From positions 66,526,001 to 66,590,000 of the forward strand of contig NC_042998.1 of assembly GCF_006345805.1 (NCBI RefSeq): a stretch of 64,000 bases of DNA, read 5' to 3'. Each line of letters starts with the position of its first letter. Position 1 is the first letter of the stretch. Positions 52,652-64,000 of the stretch are shown here, in pieces. This DNA is from Octopus sinensis. Taxonomy: Eukaryota. Below the pieces are notes generated by a model, which saw only the letters and a program-made list of their open reading frames with translations, was not told the origin of the DNA and searched no databases. The position numbers and the translations under genes were made by a program.

Positions 52652-52745
<94 letters not shown>

Positions 52746-52775
52746 CGTGTGTGTAGTTATGTATGTATATATCAC
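52430..52775. repeat. (CA)n/(GATA)n/(CT)n/(TA)n microsatellite cluster
   Basis: Direct runs. Confidence 0.9.
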
Positions 52776-53799
52776 TCACTCTCAATCTCTAAATATTTAC
52801 ATCTTGTTGTATGCAACTTACAAGAATCTATGTACTTTTAAATTTACTAAACAAATTCACTATAGGTCACGATTCTCTCTTCAAATATATTAAGTTCTTC
52901 TCCCAATTTTCCCATCACCAATTTTGAATAAATACATGAATTATAATTGTGAACGTGTTATGTTTGGTTTTAAAGGACTTCACAAAAGAAAGACAACTAA
53001 AATGGAGAAAGTGAATAGCAATATAGAAAAGATTCCTGCAAGAATTTACTTGATTTTGTGCAACCATTGACAAATGTGTTATAATTTGGAAAGTAATATT
53101 CAAAATTCAAAGAAAAGAAGTAACGTTTTAAAATATGGCTGCTTTTCAAGAGAGAAGTTGTAAAACTGAAGCACAAGTCCATGATCCATGTGGATTGTAT
53201 TGGGCACCCAAATGAATGTATAACATGATGTGGTTTAGCAACAGCTAATTCGGGAAAGACATTTATTTTATTTCCTAACAAATTTAATTGAAGGCAATAA
53301 TGATTTTCAAAAACATTCGAAAAGAAATTCTAATTTAGTTTCCACTAAAATTAGCGCGTAAATCAAGGAGCAACAAATACACTTCTAATGGTTCGCGTCG
53401 GAGAGAATTGAAATAATAACATTACTTAAAACATGCCAGTATTTTATCATTTTTGACCGTGAGTGTTGAGATGTGAGTTCTCTTTTGTTAACTTTTTCCC
53501 TAACGCTAATCATAGCATTATATTGTTAACGTCATTAATAATCTCAGGGAAGTCATTTTTTCAACAAATCTACCCTTTCAATATTCTGTAAAATATATTG
53601 AAACAAAAGTATTTTAATTCTCAGGTTTGCTATCACGTAGTAAATCATTACTACATTAAGTTTCGCTTTACATTTTGAGATATAAATCATATACTGATAA
53701 CCTCATCATTTTCGGTTATATCGAACTAGATCCGCTATAATTGAACAAGGAGATCAAACATAATATATTCTTTGACTTGCTTCATCTTTGATAGGGTCT

Positions 53800-54880
53800 C
53801 CACTGTTTTACAGTTTTCGGAACTGAATCCCTGGGGCCTAAATACAATATAGCTTAAGCAATGGAAACTATTCTACGGAACGTTTGGCGACACAGTATAC
53901 TATCGATTCACCCATCTGCACATTCTCTCGTCGTTTGTAACCATTCTTTGCAAATTAGATTTTTACTATTGTTGCAAATAAATATGTTAACTAATTATGC
54001 TTTCTGTTGAAGAGAATAAGCTGTAATTACGAAGATTCTGCAGTAATGTCTACGAGGTATTCTGTCTTAATGAACATAGGGAAAAGGAAACAATGTTAAA
54101 TAATGTATTTTGATTAATGGCAGTCGAATATAATAAAATGAATCATCTAGGAGAAATTGTACGTTTTATATATTATTTATATATAATTTGCTTTTAGTTT
54201 AAAAGCGAATGTAATTAAATCTATCTGTGTATTTCCTCACAGAAATCCCATTACTAAAGGCATTATCCTACAGTACGTTCGCCATTTTTTTTATAAATTC
54301 AATTGTAGTTTGTTGTAAGGAAACGGGGACAAAGCATAAGAGAAAGAAAGGGAAAACTATGCAAATAAATAAACATTGTGTGTATATGGGGAACTAGCAG
54401 AAATAGAAAAAACAATGGGTATGGGGTGGTAAACTAAATGTCGTATAAAATAATGACAGGAAGAATTTTATTGACAAATATTTATCGTTGATATTATGCC
54501 GAATCCCATTTCAAGATGGTGAGCAAAATACCCGCATTTTGAAATATTCTGTCAAAATAAGTAGATATTCTACTCAAATACGACTACACTTTATGAGCGT
54601 GCAAACATCTTTAGGATAATTACTTCTCAGACAGCTCTGAGGATTTTTCATGTAAATATAGCGTTTCTTGTTTTAGAATATAAACATCTTATTTCCAACA
54701 AAAGGATTCATAATTAGATTTTGAAGCTATCATTGTATGACTTCCAAATTTATTCACTGGATATTTCAGTAATTGCACCAGCAAACAATACAAGCTTTGC
54801 ATAAGGAATTCTGCCATAAAAGAATTACTGCTGTAGATATTAATGTCTTTGGAGTGCATATGCCATTCCCCTGTTTATAT
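53800..54880 (-). mobile_element. Decayed RTE-like LINE remnant
   Basis: QG...TPK.L, LVLFAGAI (FADDI-like) and SVE*FPL (VLEW.P-like) in the expected order. Confidence 0.35.
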
Positions 54881-55341
54881 TAAAACATTAAAAGATTATT
54901 CGAATTCATATGCATTACATTTTGAAATTATTGCCATGTTGTGAATAATAAACACAATGCTTTCTTGGTTGGTACATTTCATCTGCGTGATTGACTGCTT
55001 TATTAATAAGAAGAAACCTCTAACTTTTAATGCTCGGAACAATATGGCTCCCTTAATAACTGTAAGACTTTACATTACAATTCTTAATGACTTTGTTTAC
55101 TACAAACCGAAATAGGAATTCCTAGTATGTCGACCGATTTGCGGGAAATAGCAGCCAATGTTTCTCGTTTCACAGACAACTGTTAAATAAAGAGAAATTG
55201 ACTGTGGAAAGATTTTACTAGAAAATGTTAAAAGAAATTTGAAAACGGTGTAGTTATATCTAAAATGCATGAGAATATGGGTCTCTTCAGCTAAGGCTAA
55301 CCTAGCATTAAACAATAATAGAAAGTATGGTAAGTAGGATC

Positions 55342-55600
55342 TCTATTGCAATTACCTACTGGGAGGACAGACCCGATATTTTCCACCAGGTAAAGACATC
55401 TAAATACCAGGACTTAGTCGAGGACGCCCTTGTCAAAGGCTAGCATGCGGCCTCATTTCCGATAGAAGCCGACTGCCACTACTTCCCATCAAAATCAGAA
55501 GGCTATTTCTTTCAGACGTTAGGACTGGTACCAAGACAACTGAAGAGAGCCATGAAGGAAACAGACAGGGCAGCTGCAACTAGTTGAAAAAATACCGCAA
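55342..55600 (+). mobile_element. Hero-like (RLE-type) non-LTR retrotransposon C-terminal fragment
   Basis: ITYWED...KTSKYQDLVEDALVKG*...FPIEA.C..FP.KS..FFQTLGL.PRQLKRAMKE..RAA. Confidence 0.7.
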
Positions 55601-55834
55601 ATGGAACGCTGCCATTGATGAAGTTTAGCTCAGCCCTTGCTGCCCCACTCAGATGAATTACACAGGCTAAGAAAAGAAACGCGTGTAACCTTCATATAGC
55701 CACTGTTGATACGGAAGTGTTTCCTGCATTGCAATCGATTTAGAAGAGCTTGCAAAACATGTGAGTTCCTGAAGGGGCAAAGCATGTGATGCTTAGTTCA
55801 ACTGTAGATGTATGCACTGAACTCAACACGTTTT

Positions 55835-55962
55835 TTCCCATTCTTTCTTTATTTATTTCCTCATTCCTTTCTGTCGAAGAGCGTAAGGTCGGAACGTAAA
55901 AGTCATTTACATTTTTCCTGAGTGTCAATCTAATATACTTGCTTGTTCTCCCGACATCTGTT
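55835..55962 (+). mobile_element. Short Penelope-like element, copy G (HHR decayed)
   Basis: CCUUU-CUGUCGA-A-GAGC(GUAA)GGUC-GGAAC-GUA-AAAG at 55866-55902. Confidence 0.65.
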
Positions 55963-56899
55963 ATATATATACATGTGTGTGTGTGTGTATATACAGTATT
56001 ACAAATTGCGCTATCAAGTGATTCAATCCATTTGGAATTAGCCTTTTGACAGCAAACCACACCGATGCCAAATTTTTATATTTCATGTGTAGGTGTTACC
56101 ATTTTCCAGCTGCTATTTTTCCTGAACCAAATGAAATTTATGCTCCAGCCACATCTTTTTTTTTGGTGTGCGTGTGTGTGATTAGAGAATACATTTTGAT
56201 TTGTTTACTAACATGGCAGCATTTGAAATTTTGGATCAAATACAAAATAGACTAACTCTGCTATTTCCGTTGAGAGCAAAATGTATACCGAATGATTAAA
56301 GAACTGTCCTTCTTTTCGTACCACCTGTCGCAAATTCAATTACATCCATGTAAAGAATAAAATACATGTTATACATTATGCGTCCAAGCGTTTTTAATTA
56401 TTTCTTTAGATGTAGCATTCAGCATTGTTCAAATATCATCTACTATATATCTGACTAAATTGCGATAATGAAATGAAATAAACAGATGCGATTAGCTTGA
56501 TATCACCATTTTACGAGAATTATCGAAATGATTCCCTTAAGCAAGGGACTTAATTTTTTTGGTGATAACTTCCCCTTTTACTTTGAGAATCGCCAATAAT
56601 TACCATGAGATTTATTTTTTTTCTGAGAACTAAACAATACTACTTCATTTATTTATGTAGAATATCTTCACGTTACCTTTACACGTACTTAAATTACCTT
56701 TAATATTTTATACGAAATATTTCATTCATCAGAATGCTATATATTGGATTAATCTCTTGTTCATATATATATATATTGAGCTGTCTTTGGTTTTATGTAC
56801 TATGGATTACTTTATCTATCTTCATATTGCGTGTTCCTCTTTCTTTCATATTTTCAAGAAAAATTTTGCATTTTATTAAAAAGTACTTCATAACTAGTT

Positions 56900-58050
56900 A
56901 AGTGTAGATCATTTGCAAGATATGTAATACGTACCAATTTGATGCTGTTTTGATAAGAAATACCTATCCATGAGGTACATCGTTTCACTTCAGAACATCC
57001 TTACTTACATTATATTTGGATAAGAATATCTGGTAAAAAGCGCCAAAAAATGAACAACTGGATACGAAATGAAATGCTATTTGACATAATACTTTCCTCA
57101 TAAGGATCGGTTAAATGATACTGTTTCTTACTTGGCTCTGTATAATCATCTCCAATTTACCATGACATATGTTATATATCTATCGCACTCTTTTAAATGC
57201 AATTAGGACTTAATAAAGTAGAAAATAGAAAGGATTAACACCATGTCCTCCATTGTTTTATCAATTTCATTCAGATGAACTTCCTACATCTATTTGGGTA
57301 TATGCCAGCACACGTTTTGCCCTTGGTTACAAAGACATGAATTTTATGATTAAGTGGATGTTCGTTTATATCCCAAGAACAGGATCCAAAATCTGTGAAT
57401 AGATACAATGCGAAGATGTTTCATAACGCCCCAGTCATTGTCCATAATCTCGGCACCAGTTCATGTATTTACCTCGATTATCCTATTGCAGTGATATATA
57501 CTTCTTGACACTTTGAATAACGTATAAGCTTACTACATAGCGTAAGATGCTTCTACAACATAGGTTTATCGCCTGATATAACTTCACCAACATTCTTTGC
57601 CTTTGCTCAAACTCTTTTTGGTTTAGATATTTCTCATTTAGATTAAATCCTTTTCATTGTTGTATTTAGTTTTACTTAAGTTTTGATATTATATACAAAT
57701 TGCGTTTTCATCCTTCTCTGTATCATATATTTCCAAACATATCCTTGGGCTTAAAATCAACCTATATTATATGTCTTAAAGAAATAATACATATGCTTTC
57801 ACAGAATTGCAGCTCCTACAATATATTTGTTGATATTTCTTATGTCTGGTTTTATTGATGCTCACATCTGTTTCTACAACATCTAGGGTAGTTTCTGATT
57901 GCTATTATAGTTGATATTTTCTCATTAATTTTTATCTTTGATACTAAGTTTCGATAGTCCATAGGAAGATCTTCAATCGATTTTAATTCTTTACCATTTT
58001 CTACATTTAGATTATCGTCATATTCAATATATATTTATTTCCATCTTTTC
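56900..58050 (-). mobile_element. Highly decayed R4/Dong-like LINE remnant
   Basis: PDIRNINKYIVGAAIL, NW..., and DVPHG (VPHSW-like) in the expected order, with many stops. Confidence 0.35.
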
Positions 58051-58369
58051 ATTTTTCTTTACTTACATTTTTCTAATATTCTAATATTCAATTGTGTTCG
58101 GAGTTTCTAGATCAATATTACGTGCTTATCCAAGATGTGGGCGCACACACACACACTCACACACACTCATATACGCACACACAAAGCCATACAAATGCAC
58201 ACGCACACACAGGCATTCGCACACTGAAAAACTCTCACACTGGCAAGCTCAAGTACGTATATATGCGTAAAACTCGTGTCCGTGTGTTTGTATGTTTATA
58301 TATATATATATATGCATGAAGACACATACATAACTATATGTGTGTGTATATAATTATATTATACATGCG

Positions 58370-58387
58370 TCCACACATGCGTATGTA

Positions 58388-58445
<58 letters not shown>
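58370..58445. repeat. (TA)n microsatellite
   Basis: Direct runs. Confidence 0.95.
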
Positions 58446-58447
<2 letters not shown>

Positions 58448-59679
58448 CATATATTTAATATGGTTCTCCAGTATGGCTGCAGTCAAATGACTGAAACAAA
58501 AGAATATAAGAACGTGTACACGTACATGTAGAAATATGTAAGAAATATGTGTGCATGTGTGTTAATGTGCATGTGTGAATGTGTGCGAATGTGTGTGTGC
58601 ACGCGCGCATTGGTTTTCCTATATATGGTGCATACCTCTCGTTTATTTTACTTATGAGATCTATGCTTACAACATTTTGTGGATTTTATATATATACTTT
58701 TGTAGTTTGCAGTTATTTCTTTATTTAGATGTTTATGATGATGTTTCCATCGAGACGTTTTTCAATATACGTTGCATGCATTCGTTTTGAAATGTGTATC
58801 AGCTGCAATTATTTAGTCAGTAATATCCAAATTTACTTATAGATCAGTGTGAGGTTATCCTTAGACATAATAATTCATAATCTCAGAGAAAAAATTCAAG
58901 TAATAGTGGAATGTGATTCATTTTGAGGTCAACTCTGCTTTTAATATTTTCTTTGTGAATCTTAGAAATTAAAGTCTGAACTTTTTAATTAATGTCATCG
59001 TTAATTAGCTACTTTAAATATTATGATCTTCGCTGTGTTTTGACTTTTCTTTATCTAATTCAAACAAGCTATGCTTTTATATTTTTCATTTATATATTTA
59101 TTTTTCTTTCAGGCTGAAATCGATTTGCTTTGTATGTCGTCTGATTGTACTTTCGTTAGTCTTGTAACAATTTTCTTTTACAATCATCTTGCTGTATAGG
59201 CATGAATTGATCCTGAAAGAACAAACCAAAAATTTAATACTTTCTCAGTTGCGTCACACCTATTTCAGAAAGACTCTGTGCTACTTTTAAAAATATAGTC
59301 TCCCTTTCTGGCATATCGAATGACCGCGTAAATACAGCAATATCGTTCTCTCTGAAATAATTTTCTGATTTAGCATCGCTTAGACTATCATAACTAATAT
59401 GAAAAAAAATCCCAACAGGCAAACCAAGCACATATAACCGAACACATGATATGGTAAACAACATTTTTTTTTTGTTTTCATGCAAGTAATACTCTGAGAT
59501 AACCGTTATTTATCATATATTTATATTTATTTTTGTGCAAATTTTGTATTATAAATTACATTCGTCTAATTACACTGTGTATAACATCATTTTACTCTTT
59601 AAGGTTCTCTATTTCTTCATGCACAATAAGTCTTCTTAAACCCCTTGTTAAAAGCTTATTTGTAACTTCTGCCTTCTAT

Positions 59680-59680
59680 G

Positions 59681-59761
<81 letters not shown>

Positions 59762-59762
59762 T
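59680..59762. repeat. (TAT)n microsatellite
   Basis: Direct runs. Confidence 0.95.
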
Positions 59763-59799
59763 TACTTTTAATCTGCATATCTGTTACAGTCACTTGCTA

Positions 59800-60313
59800 A
59801 GAGACGCACCAGTGTCCTGGGAAGAATAAGAGATATTACAGTATGAGAAGTAGTATCATGTACATTGTTTTGTCTTGGTACAAAAGATGGGCAACAGATT
59901 AATGCCACAGATTTGCTTGTCAATTGTTTGACCTTAACCAGTAGAATATATCTCTTAGTGGCTGTCGATATGTGCATCCCTGATCACGAGCAGAAGTAGT
60001 CGGGAAGCACTTAGCCAGGAATATTTTTGGGTTTGGATAATTCACCTTTAACGTGTGTCTTTCGTTCAACATCCTTAAACATCCCATATTCACGGACCTT
60101 TTGATTGAGGTGGGTTACTCGACCGGAAGAACAAATTCTAAATAGGTCCCACCTGCAAGGTCATGCACTGTTTATCATGATATGTGGCTCATATATGGTT
60201 GTGATGCATGTGCCTGGTATAACCTTATTAAACGTGTAATCATGAAGGGTATACTCAGCTTCGTATATTTTACTGCAGTGTCACTTTGATGGGTATGCAC
60301 TGCGCTCTCACTC
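59800..60313 (+). mobile_element. 550-bp family, older diverged copy
   Basis: tatcatgtacattgttttgtcttgg...cctgcaaggtcatg...cagtgtcactttgatgg...ctctcactcaataataat. Confidence 0.85.
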
Positions 60314-60324
60314 AATAATAATAA

Positions 60325-60530
60325 AGTCAGCTGATAGAATCGCTAGTATGCCGGGCAAAATGCTTAACGGGCAAAATGTCTTTACGTTCTGAGTTCAAAT
60401 TCCGCCGAGGTCGACTTCCCCTTTCCTACTTACAAGGTCGACAAAATAAGTACCAGTTGAACACTTGGGTTGATGTAATCAACTCATCCTCTACAACGCA
60501 ATTGCTACATTTGTTATAAAATTTGAACCC
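60325..60530 (+). mobile_element. tRNA-derived SINE (family B)
   Basis: gagttcaaattccgccgaggtcgac...gtcgacaaaataagtaccag. Confidence 0.85.
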
Positions 60531-60539
60531 ATTTATTAT

Positions 60540-60897
60540 TTTTTTTATTTATTTATCTAGTTTCAGCTCACTAGCTGTGGCCATGCTGGGGCACCGCCAT
60601 TTGGTGTTGCTATATGATTTTACTTCACGAATGCTTTTTAGCATTTGCCATTTGGTGCATGAGAGATTTCGATGCAGCTGCCCTCATCTGCACCTCCTGC
60701 CGTGAAGTTGGTTCATCTGGGATCCTGACGAAGAGATCCAGTTTCATTTTAAAGACATCTGCATCCACCCCATGCAGGTCTCTTAGGTTCTTCGGGAGGA
60801 TATTGAAGAGCTGTGGGCCTCGGAAGCCCAGGCTATCACAGTATCTTGTCCTACATCGTGATGGCAAATTTGGAGTCCTTGGCACTATGCAGTGGCG
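60540..60897 (-). mobile_element. CR1-clade LINE 3' fragment with intact terminus
   Basis: GPQLFNILPKNLR...FKMKLDLF.RIPDEP...RAAAS.SL.HQ*, then ggcggtgccccagcatggccacagctagtgagctgaaactag(ataa)n. Confidence 0.9.
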
Positions 60898-60899
60898 CC

Positions 60900-60900
<1 letters not shown>

Positions 60901-60986
<86 letters not shown>

Positions 60987-61008
60987 CATTAGTATCATTA
61001 TTATTATC

Positions 61009-61070
<62 letters not shown>

Positions 61071-61100
61071 TAATAATAATAATGATGATGATAATAATAA
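60901..61100. repeat. (ATT)n immediately followed by (AAT)n: ~200-bp AT-rich palindrome
   Basis: Strand switch at 61008/61009. Confidence 0.9.
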
Positions 61101-61134
61101 GGCAACGATATTAAAGTATCTTTATCACATCTAA

Positions 61135-61292
61135 TAAAATGCTTAGCGGCATTTCGTCTGTCTTTGCGTTCTGAGTTGAAATACCGCCGAGATCAACTTA
61201 GCGTGTCACCCTTGTGGGGTCGATAAAATAAGTAGTAGTTCAGCACTTGGGTCGATGCAATTGCTGCCCTTGTGGCAAGATTTGAAAACATT
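61135..61292 (+). mobile_element. Family B SINE, head-truncated
   Basis: aaatgcttagcggcatttcgtc...ggggtcgataaaataagtag. Confidence 0.85.
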
Positions 61293-62299
61293 ATTATTGT
61301 GTCTATTGTTACTGTTTTGTCGTCATCGTCGTTGCCTGTATTTATTAATGTTACTACTGCTATTACCCCTACTGCTCTTGCCGCTGTCACTGCGTTTAGA
61401 GATACTACTACTTGCTGTGTCATACCATGCGTCGATTGCGATGGAAGTTTGGATTTTTGCCAGGTGCTACTGAAAAAAGTTTTTTACTTTACTTTCAAAG
61501 TATGGATTATTTCACAAACAAATAACTGTACAACAATATTGGGTCTGACACATTTTGCGGCAGACATCAAAGTCACTAGTTGTGTGAAATTTTCTTTATC
61601 CATTCGTCTTGTCAATTTTGTAAACATATCTAGTCGTAAGAAAATGGACAAATATTCCTCCAAGGAATCATATGTAGAATACATTTATATTCATAAGACG
61701 ACAAGAAAAAGAAGAGCTTAGAATATTCAAATCGAGCAAAGAGGGAAAAAATGAACGAATCTTTATGAAGTAACATTAAAATTATCCAGAATATTTTGAA
61801 ATATACGGAAAACTGTAACTACAACAAACAGCAAAATAGCAAAATACGAATACACACGTACCATAGATTGCCAACGAACGCGTAGAAACAATGACGAAAA
61901 TAGTAACATTACAGAAAATAACAACACTGAGAACATGTACAATAACATCTGCACATACTTATATGCGCATACAAAGTCATGGGTTTCATTTGCTGTACAG
62001 AGTCTGCTTTTTGCAAGTGTAAGCCTGCCTTTTGCAAAGGAATAGTCAATACGGAATATTTTAATGATTGAGCAACTGCTCCGCAAAAACTGCGCATTTG
62101 TCTGGCTCAATTCTTAGTTCAGATACGAGAAATTATATAGGCAGTGTACATGCTGTTGTGAATATATCAAGGTCTTTGAGTGTTCCCGAATAAAGCTCTA
62201 AAATCTTTGAATACGAAGGAGAGATTATATACTGCACAATGCTTTAATTCTAGGTTGTAAAATGTGTGGAGATATTCCTGGGCAGAAGGGATACAGCAA

Positions 62300-63450
62300 T
62301 ATTTTTAGCGAAGGAATACGAGATTTACCTTCAAGGTTATGGCTGACAACATTGACCGATGGTTGTTGATCATTTTTATAACGCAATATGGGCGAGTGAA
62401 CGAACGCATGTGGCCAAGTGACTATATGATTGCACTCACGATCGTAATACCGATTCGCAAACAGAGAAACGCTTTGTGTTCTGAAACAAAACGATTCATT
62501 TCATGTTCACCCACCTGTAGCGTCCCCTTCAGCAGGGATTGCTCTAACCACAGTCACTGATACTTTACGGGATCCGTGTTAAACTCCGATGTTGTAATTA
62601 TGTGGCTTCAGTTTATTTTTATAGAAACAGGTGACCGGTTTGGTAAGATTTTTGCTTTCATGGGATTGGGCTATGGTTGTCGTGCAAAATCACATGTCAT
62701 ATATCGATGGCAATTAAAGTCATTTACTTACTCTGTACCCAGAAGACAGGGTAAAATAATAACCGTAAAAGTTGCGGTCAAATACACAGGCTGTTGTTTT
62801 AAAGAAAACAATTCGTACATTGTATCTACCTTGAAGGAGACGGCTGGAAAAAAGGCTATCTTCTATTAAGCATAAATAGGTATGGCAAAACAACAACAAA
62901 TATGATATTCACTCACTGATTACTTCTCTACAAGTGCAACGATTGTAACAGCAGCATCAAAACATTAGTAGCGTAACCCAATATGTATCAGTCGTTTCTT
63001 TTATGCAACACCTGAAGTAAGAGGGGAAATGGAAGTAGTGGTTACACGACTTGGTCTTATAGGAGGGCAGTGAAAATCAGTTTCTAGGAAGTTACACCTA
63101 CATTTATGGTATTTTTATGTCAAAGTTTACGACACTTCCACTGATATGGTACATCCGTGACATGTGCCTCTGCTTCATTTTAAGATTGTTGCAGATGAAT
63201 CTTATAAATTCTAACTCATTATTGCTGTTTTAGCTTGATAGCGATTTTCACTGAATGATGAATAATTCTCAATACACAGCTTCAGTATCCAAGCAGGATG
63301 GAAATATAAAGTTAACGTATGTGGGTGGATTTAACAATTAATGAAGCCTAACGTGAAGATCATCATCCTTTAACTGGACATTGGCGGTTGCTTAGTGACA
63401 CTAACGTCAAACCATTTATGGTGGGTGATAATGAATTTAAGGTTGAAAGA
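62300..63450 (+). mobile_element. Decayed RTE-clade LINE remnant
   Basis: MWPSDYMIALTIVIPIRKQRNALCSETKRFIS resembles WP.DW...IIPIPKK.N...C..YR.IS; the right boundary is uncertain. Confidence 0.45.
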
Positions 63451-64000
63451 AATTTTCCATCTCTGTGAGATGCTGCCGTTTTAATGGTCCACTTGGAGAA
63501 GAAGGTTAAAGAAGAACAGAACATTTTGTTAAGTATTGCACCAAGATCTATATGTCTCTAACTAAGACATGTTTGGAATGACTTTATTTTAATTTTGAAA
63601 AGTCGAATTAGAACTTAAGACATACCATGACGGGGATATTGAATGAAAACAGATTTCTTTATTTACTTTGCACTTTACACACACAATTATCTACCTTTGA
63701 TCGTTTACATTTGGGTTGAAATAAACACTCTTAAAGGACATTGCACGATATTACTATAAAGAATTTATTTGTTTTCTTTTCTTCACATAAGTTTCCTTGC
63801 AGTGTGTTTGATGTAGTTACTATATATTGCCCTGTTTGTCGAGCAATTTTCCTTAACAGTTATCGGTGATAAATCTTATGCCAAACGGCGTGCAGTTTCT
63901 GTTCATTTCAAAAAGCTGTACATAATAATAGCTTCGAATGGTAAAATATGGTTTTCAGATGTTTCTGGAGACGTGATATTAATATATATGAAGACAGACA

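Noticed and set aside
52997-53281. ORF possibly continuing the Penelope element upstream
   Set aside because: Resemblance to the PLE RT-EN linker is too weak.
59113-59290. Strong acceptor ttttttctttcAG followed by a 58-codon open frame
   Set aside because: No donor, no recognisable protein, and such acceptors are common in AT-rich DNA.

Overview
AT-rich, microsatellite-saturated animal genomic DNA, intergenic or deep intronic. The SINE families and repeat style suggest a coleoid cephalopod, probably Octopus; this is inferred from recall, not from a database hit. No host gene can be identified with confidence, and almost all ORFs in the track are microsatellite translations or decayed transposon pieces. 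The window holds CR1-clade LINE fragments (one of about 2.1 kb), R4/Dong LINE fragments in (TAA)n tracts, decayed RTE remnants, a Hero-like RLE fragment, a Penelope-like GIY-YIG tail, mariner and Tc1 remnants, and three tRNA-derived SINE families. Most interesting: (1) seven copies of a ~200-bp (TA)n-associated element carrying a minimal hammerhead-ribozyme fold, four with a non-canonical CUGUNGA (A6U) core; (2) a CR1 3' end homologous to a SINE tail, with a covarying stem-loop; (3) a train of same-strand TAA-targeting retroelements including a 550-bp non-coding family; (4) a 122-bp Merlin-like MITE with an 8-bp TSD and a 345-bp fold-back element; (5) a 320-bp exon-like segment at 21593-21912; (6) a local rearranged duplication at 39.6-42.7 kb. 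All alignments and folds were done by eye, and element boundaries are approximate unless stated.
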